Below are positions 34,975 through 48,819 of a stretch of DNA of 64,000 nt, one piece after another. The position numbers were made by a program, and so were the translations under genes. The stretch comes from Macrostomum hystrix. Taxonomy: Eukaryota; Animalia; Platyhelminthes. Within the stretch, counting starts at the first letter, position 1, and every line of letters starts with the position of its first letter. The stretch lies in NCBI GenBank assembly GCA_950097015.1, contig CATNEN010000005.1, forward strand, positions 3,410,001 through 3,474,000, given 5' to 3'. The notes beneath the pieces are model-generated. The model was not told where the DNA came from. It did not search any database and worked only from the letters and a program-made list of their open reading frames with translations.

Positions 34975-37137
34975 ATGCCGGAACTGTCCTATCTGGTCTG
35001 GGAGCTGCAGGCCGTTCGGCATCGAGAATTGTTGCATCATCGACGCGACGCCGAGTCGCCGGGATTTATTAGGCGAGCTGCTCTGGGACAATTGGGAGCC
35101 ATTGTTGTCTGCTTGGCACTGGCAGTCACCGGCAATGCCATCGCCCTGGTTGACCTGACCAGCGCCGAGGTTGATGCTGAATTGAGCAACGCTGTCCAGG
35201 TGAGACTGGGAATGAGCAGAAGAATAGGAATCCTGCGGTATTGCGAGTAGAAAGTAGGAATAAAAATCTACGGGGGAGTAGGGAAGAGGAAGGCGAATCT
35301 AGGAGAGTAGGGGAGGGGGAGAAGAACGCAGTGGAAGTTGGGGAGGCGAAGAAGAATGCAGGGAGGTTGGGTAGGGGGAGAAGATTAGAAGATTCCAGGG
35401 GAAGTTGGGTAGGGGGAGAAGATTCCAGGGGAAGCTGGGGAGGGGGAGAAGATTCCAGGGGAAGCTGGGGAGGGGAGAAGATTCCAGGGGAAGTTGGGTA
35501 GGGGGAGAAGAATCCAGGGGAAGTTGGGGAGGGGGAGAAGAATCCAGGGGAAGTTGGGGAGGGGGAGAAGAATCCAGGGGAAGTTGGGGAGGGGGAGAAG
35601 AATCCAGGGGAAGCTGGGGAGGGGGAGAAGAATCCAGGGGAAGTTGGGGAGGGGGAGAAGAATCCAGGGGAAGTTGGGGAGGGGGAGAAGAATCCACGGG
35701 AAGCTGGGTAGGGGGAGAAGATTCCAGGGGAAGTTGGGGAGGGGGAGAAGAATCCAGGGAAAGTTGAGGAGGGGGAGAGGAAGAAGAATCCAGGAGGAGT
35801 TGGGGAGGGGGAGAAGAATCCACGGGAAGCTGGGTAGGGGGAGAAGATTCCAGGGGAAGTTGGGGAGGGGGAGAAGAATCCAGGGAAAGTTGAGGAGGGG
35901 GAGAGGAAGAAGAATCCAGGAGGAGTTGGGGAGGGGGAGAAGAATCCACGGGAAGCTGGGTAGGGGGAGAAGAATCCAGGGGAAGTTGAGGAGGGGGAGA
36001 AGAATCCAGGGGAAGTTGGGGAGGGGGAGAAGAATCCAGGGGAAGTTGAGGAGGGGGAGAAGAATCCACGGGAAGTTGAGGAGGGGGAGAAGAATCCAGG
36101 GGAAGTTGGGGAGGGGGAGAAGAATCCAGGGGAAGTTGAGGAGGGGGAGAAGAATCCACGGGAAGTTGAGGAGGGGGAGAAGAATCCAGGGGAAGTTGAG
36201 GAGGGGGAGAAGAATCCAGGGGAAGTTGGGGAGGGGGAGAAGAATCCAGGGGAAGTTGAGGAGGGGGAGAAGAATCCACGGGAAGTTGAGGAGGGGGAGA
36301 AGAATCCAGGGGAAGTTGAGGAGGGGGAGAAGAATCCAGGGGAAGTTGAGGAGGGGGAGAATAATCCAGGGGAAGTTGAGGAGGGGGAGAAGAATCCAGG
36401 GAAAGTTGAGGAGGGGGAGAGGAAGAAGAATCCAGGAGGAGTTGGGGAGGGGGAGAAGAATCCACGGGAAGCTGGGGAGGGGGAGAAGAATCCAGGGGAA
36501 GTTGAGGAGGGGGAGTTGGGTAAGGGAAGAGGAATCAAAATCAGGTTTTCAATGACGAATTAAAAGACGGATTTTTTAAACTCATCAGCCTTACCTACCA
36601 GCCCTGTGCCCCTGTCTCACACTCCAGCTACGCATCTGCTACATCGTGTTTCTCTGCCTGGAGATTAGCCTACTAATCCTAGAGGGAACTCTGGCCTGCG
36701 TTGTCGGCAGCTCCTGGATGCGCAATCGTATGGGAGCCGACAAGCCCAATCGTCACGAGCAGCGCATTCAAATTAGCTCCGTGTTCATCATTCTGGCGTT
36801 CAGCTTCCTGGCCGATTTTCCGCTGACCCTTGGAAAATTTCTATTCCTCCACTGGACTAGATTCACATCGGCCAACATTCGAGCGTACATGCTGGCCGGC
36901 GGATTTCTGACCACAGTCGCCTACGCGGGTAAGACCATGCTAGCCTTGGTGCATTACGTATGGAAACAGATGACACCGAGAGCCGATCCTCTGCACGAGA
37001 AGGCTCCCGTGTACTTTGAAACTAGTCCTCTGTGCGACTCGCTACTGTGGGGCATATCGATGATGATGCCCGTAGTAAATATGCTGTTTGCCATTGTTGT
37101 CGTCTGCATGGCCTTCATGACAACAAAGCTGACTTGA
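34975..37137 (+). CDS. Orphan multipass membrane protein, possibly a divergent GPCR (exons ~34975-35199, 36628-37137; 5' end unresolved)
   Basis: Donor CAG|GTGAGA 35199/35200 and acceptor CTCCAG|CTA 36627/36628 join in phase 0; about five hydrophobic segments; weak likeness to rhodopsin-family TM3-TM7. Confidence 0.55.
35290..36520. repeat. 30-bp G-rich minisatellite (GAAGTTGGGGAGGGGGAGAAGAATCCAGGG)n
   Basis: Direct reading; fills the intron of the membrane-protein gene. Confidence 0.96.
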
Positions 37138-37349
37138 TTTACCGACTTGACTTGGGTGGTTCACTATTTTATTTCATATATTAACTGTTTCATTTATCAT
37201 GAGCTTTTATGTTGAACGCGATGTCGATGCAGAAGCTTGCGTGATAAATAAGTCTGCTTGTGCATTCAGTTCCCAAAAAGAAGCATAATTTTTTACGCGT
37301 GACAATGATCCCATAGCTGCTAGATCTAGGCCCCATATATATTAAATCC

Positions 37350-38400
37350 AAGATCCCATAGATGCTAGAAATTGAGATCCCATAGATGTTAAAAATTTAG
37401 ATCCCATCGCTGTTAGAAATTGAGATCCCATCGCTGTTAGAAATTGAGATCCCATCGCTGTTAGAAATTGAGATCCCATCGCTGTTAGAAATTGAGATCC
37501 CATAGATGTTATAAATTGAGATCCCATCGCTGTTAGAAATTGAGATCCCATCGCTGTTAGAAATTGAGATCCCATCGCTGTTAGAAATTGAGATCCCATC
37601 GCTGTTAGAAATTGAGATCCCATCGCTGTTAGAAATTGAGATCCCATCGCTGTTAGAAATTGAGATCCCATTGATGTTAGAAATTGAGATCCCATAGATG
37701 TTAAAAATTGAGATCCCATAGATGTTAGAAATTGAGATCCCATAGATGTTAGAAATTGAGATCCCATAGATGTTAAAAATTGAGATCCCATAGATGTTAG
37801 AAATTGAGATCCCATAGATGTTAGAAATTGAGATCCCATAGATGTTAGAAATTGAGATCCCATCGCTGTTAGAAATTGAGATCCCATCGCTGTTAGAAAT
37901 TGAGATCCCATCGCTGTTAGAAATTGAGATCCCATCGCTGTTAGAAATTGAGATCCCATCGCTGTTAGAAATTGAGATCCCATCGCTGTTAGAAATTGAG
38001 ATCCCATTGATGTTAGAAATTGAGATCCCATAGATGTTAAAAATTGAGATCCCATAGATGTTAGAAATTTACATCCCATAGATGTTAGAAATTGAGATCC
38101 CATAGATGTTAGAAATTGAGATCCCATCGCTGTTAGAAATTGAGATCCCATAGATGTTAGAAATTGAGATCCCATCGCTGTTAGAAATTGAGATCCCATC
38201 GCTGTTAGAAATTGAGATCCCATAGATGTTAGAAATTGAGATCCCATAGATGTTAGAAATTGAGATCCCATAGATGTTAGAAATTGAGATCCCATCGCTG
38301 TTAGAAATTGAGATCCCATAGATGTTAGAAATTGTGATCGCATAGATATTAGATCTAGATCCTATAGATATTAGATTGAGATCCCATGGATATTAGATCT
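37350..38400. repeat. 24-bp minisatellite (GTTAGAAATTGAGATCCCATMGMT)n
   Basis: Direct reading; intergenic. Confidence 0.97.
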
Positions 38401-38959
38401 ACATTCCATAATGAAAGAATTTGTGATACAATCTAGCTTTTGAATTGTTACTAAAAGTACATAACAAAATTAAGCTACAAGCAGCTGTCCTTTGCCTGTA
38501 CAACTAAAACAGTAACAATTAACTTTGCAATATTTTACATTAACTTGATAGTTTCAGTAGCACGTGATTTTGTCTGTCTGCCTCTCTGCGCCTTAATACT
38601 GTAATATTTAAATATTATATTTCAAAGTTGTTTTTTTTCGCTCTTCTACTCAAAAAATTGACGCCGAATCACACTAAACCACAATATTATTTGTGTCAAC
38701 AATTTAGTCCCATTACTTGCCACATTCATCTTTCACTCTTCGCGTGTTTGTAAATGTAAGTCATTTTACGCAATGCTTAAATGCTGTTAACTGGCTTAAA
38801 CGCTCCATGCTTACAGAGGCCTATTCAAAAAGATTGTGTGAAAATTTATTTAAAATATATATGCCAATCTTAAGGGGACATTCAGCCTTTACAAAAAATA
38901 GTCAGAAAATCTTTCTTATTTTACAAAGTATTGATATACTTGAAAAAGTTTACAATCTC

Positions 38960-39450
38960 ATATCTCTGTCACTCTCTTCTCTATCTGTCACTCACCTTTC
39001 CCCTCCATCACTCCCCTCTCCCTTCTGTCACTCACTTCTCTATCTGCCACTCTCCTCTCCCTCCGTCACCCTCCTCTCCCTTCTGTCACTCAGCTCTCAC
39101 TTCTGTCACTCTCCTCTACTCTCTGTCACTCTCATTTTCTCTGTCACTCTCCTCTCCTCTCCTCTCTGTCACTCTCCTTTTCTCTGTCACTCTCCTCTCC
39201 ACTCCCTTCTGTCACTAGCTCTCCACTCCCTTCTGTCACTCTCCTCTCCCTTCTGTCACTTAGCTCTCCCTTCTGTCACTCAGCTCTCCCTTCTGTCACT
39301 CAGCTCTCCCTTCTGTCACTCTCCACTCCCTTCTGTCACTCAGCTCTCCCTTCTGTCACTCTCCACTCCCTTCTGTCACTCAGCTCTCCCTTCTGTCACT
39401 CTCCACTCCCTTCTGTCCCTCAGCTCTCCCTTCTGTCACTCTCCTCTCTT
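38960..39450. repeat. CT-rich degenerate ~19-20-bp repeat (CTCCCTTCTGTCACTCAGCT)n
   Basis: Direct reading. Confidence 0.9.
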
Positions 39451-39957
39451 TTCCGATCCCACAACATGACAGACTCGAACGTGTATAAAAATGAGTGCAT
39501 AATTAGTTTTACGAGCTATGCTACTATTTAATGTAAGATACCATGCAGTTTAACTCGATGCCAACATCCTTTGCTTCTTCTTTGACAAAATTGGAAATGC
39601 TTTGCACTGAATTAAGAATATTGTGCCTAAGACAGACTATAGGCATAGCATGCATATCAGCAATTAACTGTAATAATTCTATTCTCATTAGCACACAAAA
39701 ATGAGAACTAAATATGACACTGGCGAAAACTAATCCACTGTCGTGCAAAGAAAAACAATGAAGGAACCATATAGTTCCCATCACTAAACTGTCGCGGTAA
39801 GTTCTTGTCGCGTGTTGTTGCTAGGCACTTTCTACACAGCTAATTGCAGAAAACAATCGCACCACACTTGGGCTCCTCCTCATTACTGTCATAAAGTTGC
39901 TGTCTCCACATTGTTAGTTCTGATTAGATCAGAAGCATATATTTGTCGACAATATTG

Positions 39958-40805
39958 TGAATTCTACCCTTCCCTCTGATGAGCATTCTACCCTTCCCTC
40001 TGATGAGCATTCTACCCTTCACTCTGATGAGCATTCTACCCTTCCCTCTGATGAGCATTCTACCCTTCCCTCTGATGAGCATTCTACCCTTCCCTCTGAT
40101 GAGCATTCTACCCTTCCCTCTGATGAGCATTCTACCCTTCACTCTGATGAGCATTCTACCCTTCCCTCTGATGAGCATTCTACCCTTCCCTCTGATGAGC
40201 ATTCTACCCTTCCCTCTGATGAGCATTCTACCCTTCCCTCTGATGAGCATTCTACCCTTCCCTCTGATGAGCATTCTACCCTTCACTCTGATGAGCATTC
40301 TACCCTTCCCTCTGATGAGCATTCTACCCTTCCCTCTGATGAGCATTCTACCCTTCCCTCTGATGAGCATTCTACCCTTCCCTCTGATGAGCATTCTACC
40401 CTTCCCTCTGATGAGCATTCTACCCTTCCCTCTGATGAGCATTCTACCCTTCCCTCTGATGAGCATTCTACCCTTCCCTCTGATGAGCATTCTACCCTTC
40501 CCTCTGATGAGCATTCTACCCTTCCCTCTGATGAGCATTCTACCCTTCACTCTGATGAGCATTCTACCCTTCACTCTGATGAGCATTCTACCCATTTCTC
40601 TGATGAGCATTCTACCCTTACCTCTGATGAGCATTCTACCCTTACCTCTGATGAGCATTCTACCCATTTCTCTGATGAGCATTCTACCCTTACCTCTGAT
40701 GAGCATTCTACCCTTCCCTCTGATGAGCATTCTACCCTTACCTCTGATGAGCATTCTACCCTTACCTCTGATGAGCATTCTACCCTACCTTCTGATGAGC
40801 ATTCC
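39958..40805. repeat. 24-bp minisatellite (GAGCATTCTACCCTTCCCTCTGAT)n
   Basis: Direct reading. Confidence 0.97.
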
Positions 40806-41679
40806 AGCATTATACAAATGCATTTTACTATTTTAACTTGGCACTAAACTTTATATGAACTCTTCAAGCTCCATTTTTTAATTTGTAAGAGTTAGGATTT
40901 GTCAAATAATTTAACATCTGCAAAGAAACAGCCAATTGAATATAATGATTTACTGAATGGTAGCTGTTGAGAAATAACAATTTTTATACTGAACATGTTT
41001 TCAAGTTGAACAACATATTTAATAGTATATTTAATACACAAACTATAACACTTTCTCGACTCCATGTTTGAAAAACACAAAACAACGAATATCGAATTTT
41101 CAACTTTTAACGCAAATCCTGTTGAGATAAATGTGTGTCAATATTAACGATAGCACAAACTTCAATCAATCCAACAGAAAAGGTATGACAAAATAGCGTT
41201 AATAAACTATCTAAAAACATAGATTAATACTCGTATATTTATAGGTTTCAAAATTGAATATAATTTTCTTGACCCTCTGATCTCTGCGCACTGAAATTGT
41301 TAAAAGCTAAAATGATTGTAAACAACACACGATATTATTCGGAATTAACTTACTAATATAACTAACTGCTAATAAAAGTTTAATATAATATTAATAATGA
41401 AGAGATACTCAGCAGTTACTACTGACTACTTGAATACAAAGTATTAAGTATTGCATAACTATTGAAAAAAACAATTTTAGAGTTAAATAACAAATATTAT
41501 TAATGCCAAAATAAACAACAATAATATCATTTTTATAGTACTTTCTTTGTTTTGTTTCAAATAGCAGGGAAAATAAACTCGCAATCAGTCACGTGATGGG
41601 ATTCCCTTAATTGTTTCTAAAAATAGAAACAGAAGAAAGAAATCTATAGTTTCAATAAGCGGTCAAAGCCAGCTTTGAG

Positions 41680-44600
41680 TTAGTTATTATTTCCATCTTT
41701 ATTACTGTTGCCAGAATTGGACAATGTTGAATCCGCAGCAGCTGCTGTTGACCCGGGAGAGGATGAACTTGGCGACGCAGCTGTGGCCACCTGAGCAGGC
41801 GGACTCCGAGGACTGCGAGCTAGCCTTGGATTGATGCTCATTCTCAGTGTCCGCATAGCCATAGCCCGATTGAAATGTCGCTGAGTTTTCATCACCTCAC
41901 CGTAGGCGTCTAAATTAGCTTCGGTAGTAGTTAACAAACCAGCCAATACGCACAGTACTAGGAAGGCTATGATTGTTAGTGTGTACACCTGTGCCAATTG
42001 TGTGTTGATGATATAGTCAGACTGCGTACATTAGCTGTACAGTCCATGGACTGGGTAGTGGCCGATAGACCTACTGAAATTTCTACCGTAGCTGTTGATC
42101 AATTGTAATCCCATTTACGGGTAAATAAAAATATTTTTCCTTTAATCCTGAATCGTAAAATATTTGAATCCCAAAGATCCTTAATCCTAGGATTCTTAAA
42201 TCCCGAATATACTCGGCACAGGGATTTTAGAATCCTGGAAACTTCTTAATCCAATGATTTTTAAAACCCTGAAATTCTAAATCCTAGGATAGGACCATCA
42301 AGCTATTTTGCCGCCCGTTTAAACACCAAGTGGGGAAATTCCCCCAGCATCTTAAAACCTTTCGGCAGTGCCCGAAACAGCGTTGGGTGGTGACTGATTG
42401 GTTGACAGACTAGGCGATGGTGTCCTGTGGTTGAGCTGTGCCTAGTATTTAGGCTTGATCAGTGAAATTGGAGAAATTCGCGTCAGGGTGTCAATAATGG
42501 CCTATTTCCACCTGTTGTAGACCTTGAAGGTCTAGCAGCTCCGTCTAGATAATGGTAGGTGACCAACGAAGACGGAGATGATGCAGGCACATTCGGGTGA
42601 CATTCTGATAAATTTGGAAGGCCTAGCAAGGCCGCACTGAGGCGCAGTGCTAACTCGTGTAGGGGTGTATGAAATACACTAGCGCTTATGGGAAAAATTA
42701 GACCTTTTGACAAAACTATTGAATATCTCGACGGTCTGAAGAGCTGGTGACTTGATCCTTGTTTTAGAAGATGCTAACCAAAAAGTTGGCTCGTGTTCAT
42801 GAGTATGAGCTGGCGTTGCTCCGTTCGGGTGCAGCACAAAAAATTGTCAGGGGGGGAATTACTTTGGTAGTTCTACTGTTAATTGCCACAAGTTCTAAAC
42901 CTAGGGATTATAGAGTCCCTAAATTAGCAGCCCTAGCTGTAAGAATCCCTGAAAAAACAATTATAATAAATCTCAGCATCGAACCGTCAGCGAAGACTGG
43001 CCGGTGGGTTCCAGCAGTCTCAGCTGCGCCTGAGCCGGTTTAAACTCCGGTTTCAGAGACACAGCGTGACGCAGATGATGTGCCGCCTCCGCGGTGTGAC
43101 CAGCGGCGCGAAGGATTTCTCCGAGAGTGAAATGTTGCAGCCAGGCGTTGCGATTGGACGGCTGGGTCTCCAATGAGCGACGAGCTAGATAAGCCGCGTC
43201 CTCCAAGTAGCGATGATTGAACAGAACCCGAGCCAGATTTAGCAACACATCGGCGTTGTTGGGACTAACCGACAGGGCCTTGCGGAAACATTCCACAGCG
43301 CCCAGTGTGCGACCGTGATAGCGCAACAGATTACCCGCCTGGTTCAGCGCGTGAGCGGATTTTGGCGAGGCGCGCAGTCGCTCGGAGACGGCTCGGGCCA
43401 CGTCGCGCTCAGATGGGCGAGGCTTGTTAGGCTGAACGAATATGGAGAACACCTGAAGTGCATGGGCATGTTGGCGAACTAGCTCGTCGATTCTCAATCA
43501 TTTACTTGAACTAGCTCGTCGATTCTCAATCATCTACTTGAACTAGCTCGTCGATTCTCAATCATCTACCTAACCTAGCTCGTCGATTCTCAATCATCTA
43601 CTTGAACTAGCTCGTCGATTCTCAATCATTTACTTGAACTAGCTCGTCGATTCTCAATCATCTACTTGAACTAGCTCGTCGATTCTCAATCATCTACCTA
43701 ACCTAGCTCGTCGATTCTCAATCATCTACTTGAACTAGCTCGTCGATTCTCAATCATCTACTTGAACTAGCTCGTCGATTCTCAATCATCTACTTGAACT
43801 AGCTCGTCGATTCTCAATCATCTACTTGAACTAGCTCGTCGATTCTCAATCATCTACTTAAACTAACTCGTCGATTCTCAATCATCTACTTGAACTAGCT
43901 CGTCGATTCTCAATAATCTACCTAAACTAGCATCGTCGATTCTCAATCATCTACTTGAACTAGCTCGTCGATTCTCAATCATTTACTTGAACTAGCTCGT
44001 CGATTCTCAATCATCTACTTGAACTAGCTCGTCGATTCTCAATCATCTACCTAACCTAGCTCGTCGATTCTCAATAATCTACCTAAACTAGCATCGTCGA
44101 TTCTCAATCATCTACTTGAACTAGCTCGTCGATTCTCAATCATCTACTTGAACTAAATCGTCGATTCTCAATCATTTACTTGAACTAACTCGTCGATTCT
44201 CAATCATCACTTTAAGTAGTTCGCAGATTCTCAATCATCTATTTGAACTAGCTCGTCGATTCGATCCCAGGCACACACAATCTCTGTGCTAATCCCTTAC
44301 CTGCGGCTCAGCTTGACTGGGCAAGCTAATTCTAGCCGCAATGCCTCGCAAATGATCGTACTGTGTCGAATTGGCAAACGGTCGACAATTAACAGGCTCG
44401 TCGCCCAAGTTATTGTTTGAAGATAAGCCACTATTGCCTGACGAGGATGATGCGGCTGCGGCAGCGGCGGCGGCAGCAGCAGCAGCAGCGGCAACAGCTT
44501 CAGCAGCATCTTCAGCAGCTAAAACGGACCATTCGCCAGTGTCTGACATAAGGCGAGGCCTACTTAAAATAGACATCACGTGATCGTTGACATCAGTTGT

Positions 44601-45032
44601 ATCGACGCCATTGATTTTATTGTCATTCTTCTCATTATCTACGCTAGTGATTGAGGCTGACGATGTATTGTTATTGGTATCGATGTTGTTATTAGTCAAC
44701 GAGGCAGAATTAGTAGACGTTGGCATTGGCGTAACAGTGCTATCGACTAGCTTCCAGTGACTATGACTGGCTGTAGCTACGCCAATATTATCGTAGCTAT
44801 TCGATTGATAATAATTAGCATCCCAATCATTGGGCATAACCAAAGGCTGATCTGCCTGGCCTTGCAGGTGATACTGAAATGACTGATATTTATCTGGCAC
44901 CTGGGCGGTGGTTAAAAGAAGACTAGAGCCGCAGCTCATCAGTAAGATCAGTATGCTCATTAGCCTACTAAATCGAATATTAAAGCTGCAATTGCTGTCT
45001 CTGCGATGATGGCGTTGATATTGGCGCGGCAT
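41680..45032 (-). CDS. Signal peptide + TPR repeats + C-terminal TM protein, ~502 aa, TPR block TTC17-like (exons 45032-44301, 43452-42985, 41988-41680)
   Basis: Phase-0 joins EPQ|VFS and SLT|VYT; TPRs ALNQAGNLLR..G....AVECFRKAL, VLLNLARVLF, HFTLGEILRAAG...EA..HLRHAV.L.P.F..A; TM VYTLTIIAFLVLCVLAGLL. Confidence 0.8.
43476..44262. repeat. 32-bp minisatellite (GAACTAGCTCGTCGATTCTCAATCATCTACTT)n in TPR-gene intron
   Basis: Direct reading; ends ~24 nt from the splice acceptor. Confidence 0.96.
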
Positions 45033-46235
45033 TTCTATTGATACTAGTATCTTGCAAATTTGAGAAATCAATGCCTGCAATTGTAATAAGCTTGTAATTG
45101 TGTGTATTTGTCCATGTTGATAAGTTTGGTGAATTACAGTCATATACCCTACAGCTAGTGTCATAAAAAACTATATGCAATGTCATATTTGTCCTTTATG
45201 AAAATATGTTGAAAAATAAGATTTTTTCTAATCAAGGAAATGAGAAAAAAATTAAACACATTTTAAGTAACTAAAATACATAGTTATACTATTTCATAAT
45301 GGCTGATGCTAATAATAATTTCTAATTTATCTATGCCATAAAAATTAATATACCTGCTACAGTTTTCTGCCTTAATTACTTATAAATTTACTTCCACTGT
45401 ACTTTACTAATAATTAGCTTTGTTAATTGAATCAGCGGAGGTATTAAATGCAGTTTTTTTACTAAATACAATAAAATAATAATGTCAGACTCTAGGCACA
45501 GTAAATATAATGGGTAAAGTATATTTATTAATGTTTGTCTGTGAGCAAAAAACAAATTTAACAAATGTTGATCTTGACTTCTTGTCCCTTGCAAAATAAT
45601 ATATAAGCTAGGCCTATTTCACAGAGTAATAGGCCATGCCACTTATAGTTTGCTAGGCTATCAAATATCCTCTGATCTGCCAAAAATTTAAAATAAAACT
45701 AATTTTTTTTTGCAGAAATGTGTCTGGCACATTTTGTTGTTCTTGTCAGCCTGGCGCATGATATGGTGGCACGCTCATCATGACACAGCATGTGCCCAAC
45801 TGTCATGTAAGCACTCTAAATAGACTACAACAGACAGCAACAGACCGCAATGGATTATAGTGGGTCATTTTGCTTATTTTCTTTTATAATAAAGCTTCAT
45901 AAGCTTTGCTGATTTATAGTCATACTTATTTTAATTTAGCTTACATCGAAAATGTAAAAGTCAAACACATTTAAGCCTACATTTCTGAAATTTCTTAAAA
46001 AACTGTTGCACAGAATTGTTAGCTTAAGTTTTTAAGTTAAGATACTGATACATATTTTGGCTCTAAAATGAATTATTTGGATAAGCCCCTTATAAACTAA
46101 ATTTAGATATGGATTTAGATAAGATATAGGTATCTTATTTTAGACTGAGTATGAGGCTGAGGAAATTCAATTATGAGGCTGGTAATTTAATAATCTGAGT
46201 GAAGATTTTATGTTTTGTTAGTTTTTAATAAAGCA

Positions 46236-46486
46236 CATACATGCGCAACACCCGGCCAGCCCAGCCAAACCGGCCGGGTGAAACGAGGGCCAAGCAAGGT
46301 AAGTCGCAAAAACCAATCAACCAAGCACTACAAAATCAAAGGGGGGACCAAGGGACAAAAAAGGAAGGCGTGAAGAAAAGGAAAAAGGGGAGAGAAAAAG
46401 AGAGCAAATGAGAGCAAACTAAGTCGTAAATAGAGCAAAAACTAAGTCGCACGGCTGGCTAAGATTTAGGAGGTTGCGCATGTATG
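46236..46486. mobile_element. 251-bp MITE-like insertion with 14-bp TIRs
   Basis: CATACATGCGCAAC (46236-46249) / GTTGCGCATGTATG (46473-46486); flanks TAATAAAGCA and ATATAAAGCA approximate a TSD. Confidence 0.65.
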
Positions 46487-46545
46487 ATATAAAGCATATT
46501 ATGCAAAAAATCTAAATGTGAGGTAATCTACGTGCCCTTTTGCAG

Positions 46546-48448
46546 AGAGATGCTCTAAAGGATAGCAAGCTGGCTACACTGCTCCAAAATAGGCCTTTAA
46601 ACTCTACTGGTCTGTCACCTGTTGTACAGAACAGGATGATTGAGTGTATTGAAGCTGTAGTTATTCATGACGTAGTTAAGCCAATCAAGTCATTCTACGC
46701 CATAATTGCTGATGGAACTAGCGATATATCCCGTAAGGAGCAGCTGTCGATTAACATACGCTATGTTGACGAAAGTGGAAATGTCCAAGAACGCTTTATT
46801 GGTTTCATTGAACTCAAGAAGCAAGATTCAGCGGCAATTGTCGATGCCATTAACCAGAAGCTCGATATTCTTCAGCTTGACAAAGATCGGCTTGTTGCCC
46901 AAGGCTATGATGGTGCCTCTGTCATGAGTGCTGAAGGAGGAGTTCAGGGCCGGATACGAAGAACTTGTCCAAATGCAGTCTATGTACATTGCTTCAGTCA
47001 CTGCCTGAACCTGTGCATTAAGGCTGCAGTGGATGGCCGGCACGGCATTCGAGAACTCAAGGCTGCATTTGCAACAATTGATGCTGCATCAAATCACTTC
47101 TCACATTCTTCCATAAGAACGCAGCAATTTTCTGAAGTTGTGGCAAGAAGTCAGAATAACTCAACAAACAAAACACGACTAAAGCCGTTCTGTCCCACGC
47201 GCTTCATTGATGGCCTGGATAGTGTGTTTAACTTTCTCGACCTCTTTGATGCAGCAGTAGAGTACTTCAATGATGCTGACCAGTCAGTGTACAATAACAT
47301 TGTCAATCCGGTGACAATTGTGGCACTGCACGTTCTTCAGGCCTTGCTTGGTGCAATACGCGGTCTTGCAGTTGTGTTTCAGGTAAGAGGCACCTACAAC
47401 AAATGCAATAAAAATATAATTTTACAGATAAAATACATGTATGTGTATCAATAACAATATCAAATATAAAGTACTGGTTTCCTTGCCTATCAATATCTAG
47501 CTTATATAATACCAGTATGTATGGTGTATATTTTACATGAGAGTGTTGATTACGTAGTAGCAGTACATAACATGTACATATTTGAGGTACTTACAATGGT
47601 ATATTCAAGGTACAGCAAACAAGCAAATACTAAATTATATATGCTTTGTCTATGCATCTTTATTTCAGGGAAAGGCAATGGATCTTATTGCTGCCAGTGA
47701 GGAGGCCGATCGCATTCTCCGTCTCTTGAAGGCTTGGCGTAGTGACTGTGAAGATGCCAAATTCAAGGAAGTCTTTGCCACAGCTGAGGAACTTCACAAG
47801 AAGCACCACGGAGATCAGCCAATTCCAGATAAGTATCGGGCATCAGCATCCCATCGCAGCCAACATCGTAGAAATGCCCAAGGCGCTAGTGTTTCTGATA
47901 CATTCAAGCTGAACATCTGGTATCCAGCCCTTGATCTAATAATTATTGAACTTAGCGAGCGCTTTTCTAAGTCGGCCAAGGTTGCCATGCAAATGGCAAA
48001 GCTGCTACCGGCTTTTTGTGCAGGCCCTGACTCAGCTGAGTCTACTCTAGCAGCAGCCAAAGCATTCAAGGAGTATGCGGCATTTTTAGATATGCCTGCA
48101 GTTTGCCTGGCAGAATTCGAACGCTGGCAAGCATTCTGCTGCGATTTGCCAGAAACTGAGCGAAATGATATGACCATCTCACAAGCAATCAAGGGGTGCA
48201 ATCCTAGCTTGTGGCCAAATGTCTGCAAACTGCTGACAATCTTCCTTACAACTCCAGTCACAACATGCACTGCTGAAAGGTCATTCAGCACCTTGCGCCT
48301 TCTGAAGACGTATACCCGATCAACCATGGGCGAACGCCGGCTTAATGGACTTGCCCTACTGGCTGTTCACAAAGATATCCTGCTTGACTACAATCGAGTA
48401 GTCGAGGAGTACTCACGGAGGTTTGACCAGCGGCTCCATCTACTTTAA
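46546..48448 (+). CDS. hAT-family transposase (ZMYM1/P52rIPK-like), spliced, N-terminus missing (exons 46546-47382, 47669-48448)
   Basis: IIADGTSD, QGYDGA, HCFSHCLNL, CPTRF, TAERSFSTLRLLKTYTRSTM..RLNGLALL dimerization motif; intron VFQ|GKA in phase 0; no stops over 538 codons. Confidence 0.9.
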
Positions 48449-48819
48449 GCCATGGACTCAATGACTCATAATCATGCAAAAGTAATGTAATATTGTAATT
48501 TGAATTTAAATTTTACTAAAAATTTTCTAACTTGCCATCTTGTATCAATCATATTTCTATTTTTAATTTCTATGGCCTATTGTACTACTTGTTATTTCTG
48601 ATTTACATTTACATGTAAACGTAAAATTGTAGTGGTGAATGTCTGGTGAATACACGCTCAATAAAATAAACAATTATTGATGTTGATGTCTCATCCTTAG
48701 TAGCAACATTTAATTGAGTTAAACTTGGAGAGGTCCGGTCCTCATCAATTTTGTTTTATACGAGTACAATAAGGATAAAAGAAAAACAAAAATAGAGTGC
48801 AATCGTTTTTAAAAGTACT

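Noticed and set aside
39958-40805. CTGATGAG in every unit (hammerhead-like)
   Set aside because: No GAAA box and no stem II in the unit.
42483-42713. YLDGAARPS resembling an RNase H motif (- strand)
   Set aside because: One short motif with no other RNase H or RT residues nearby.
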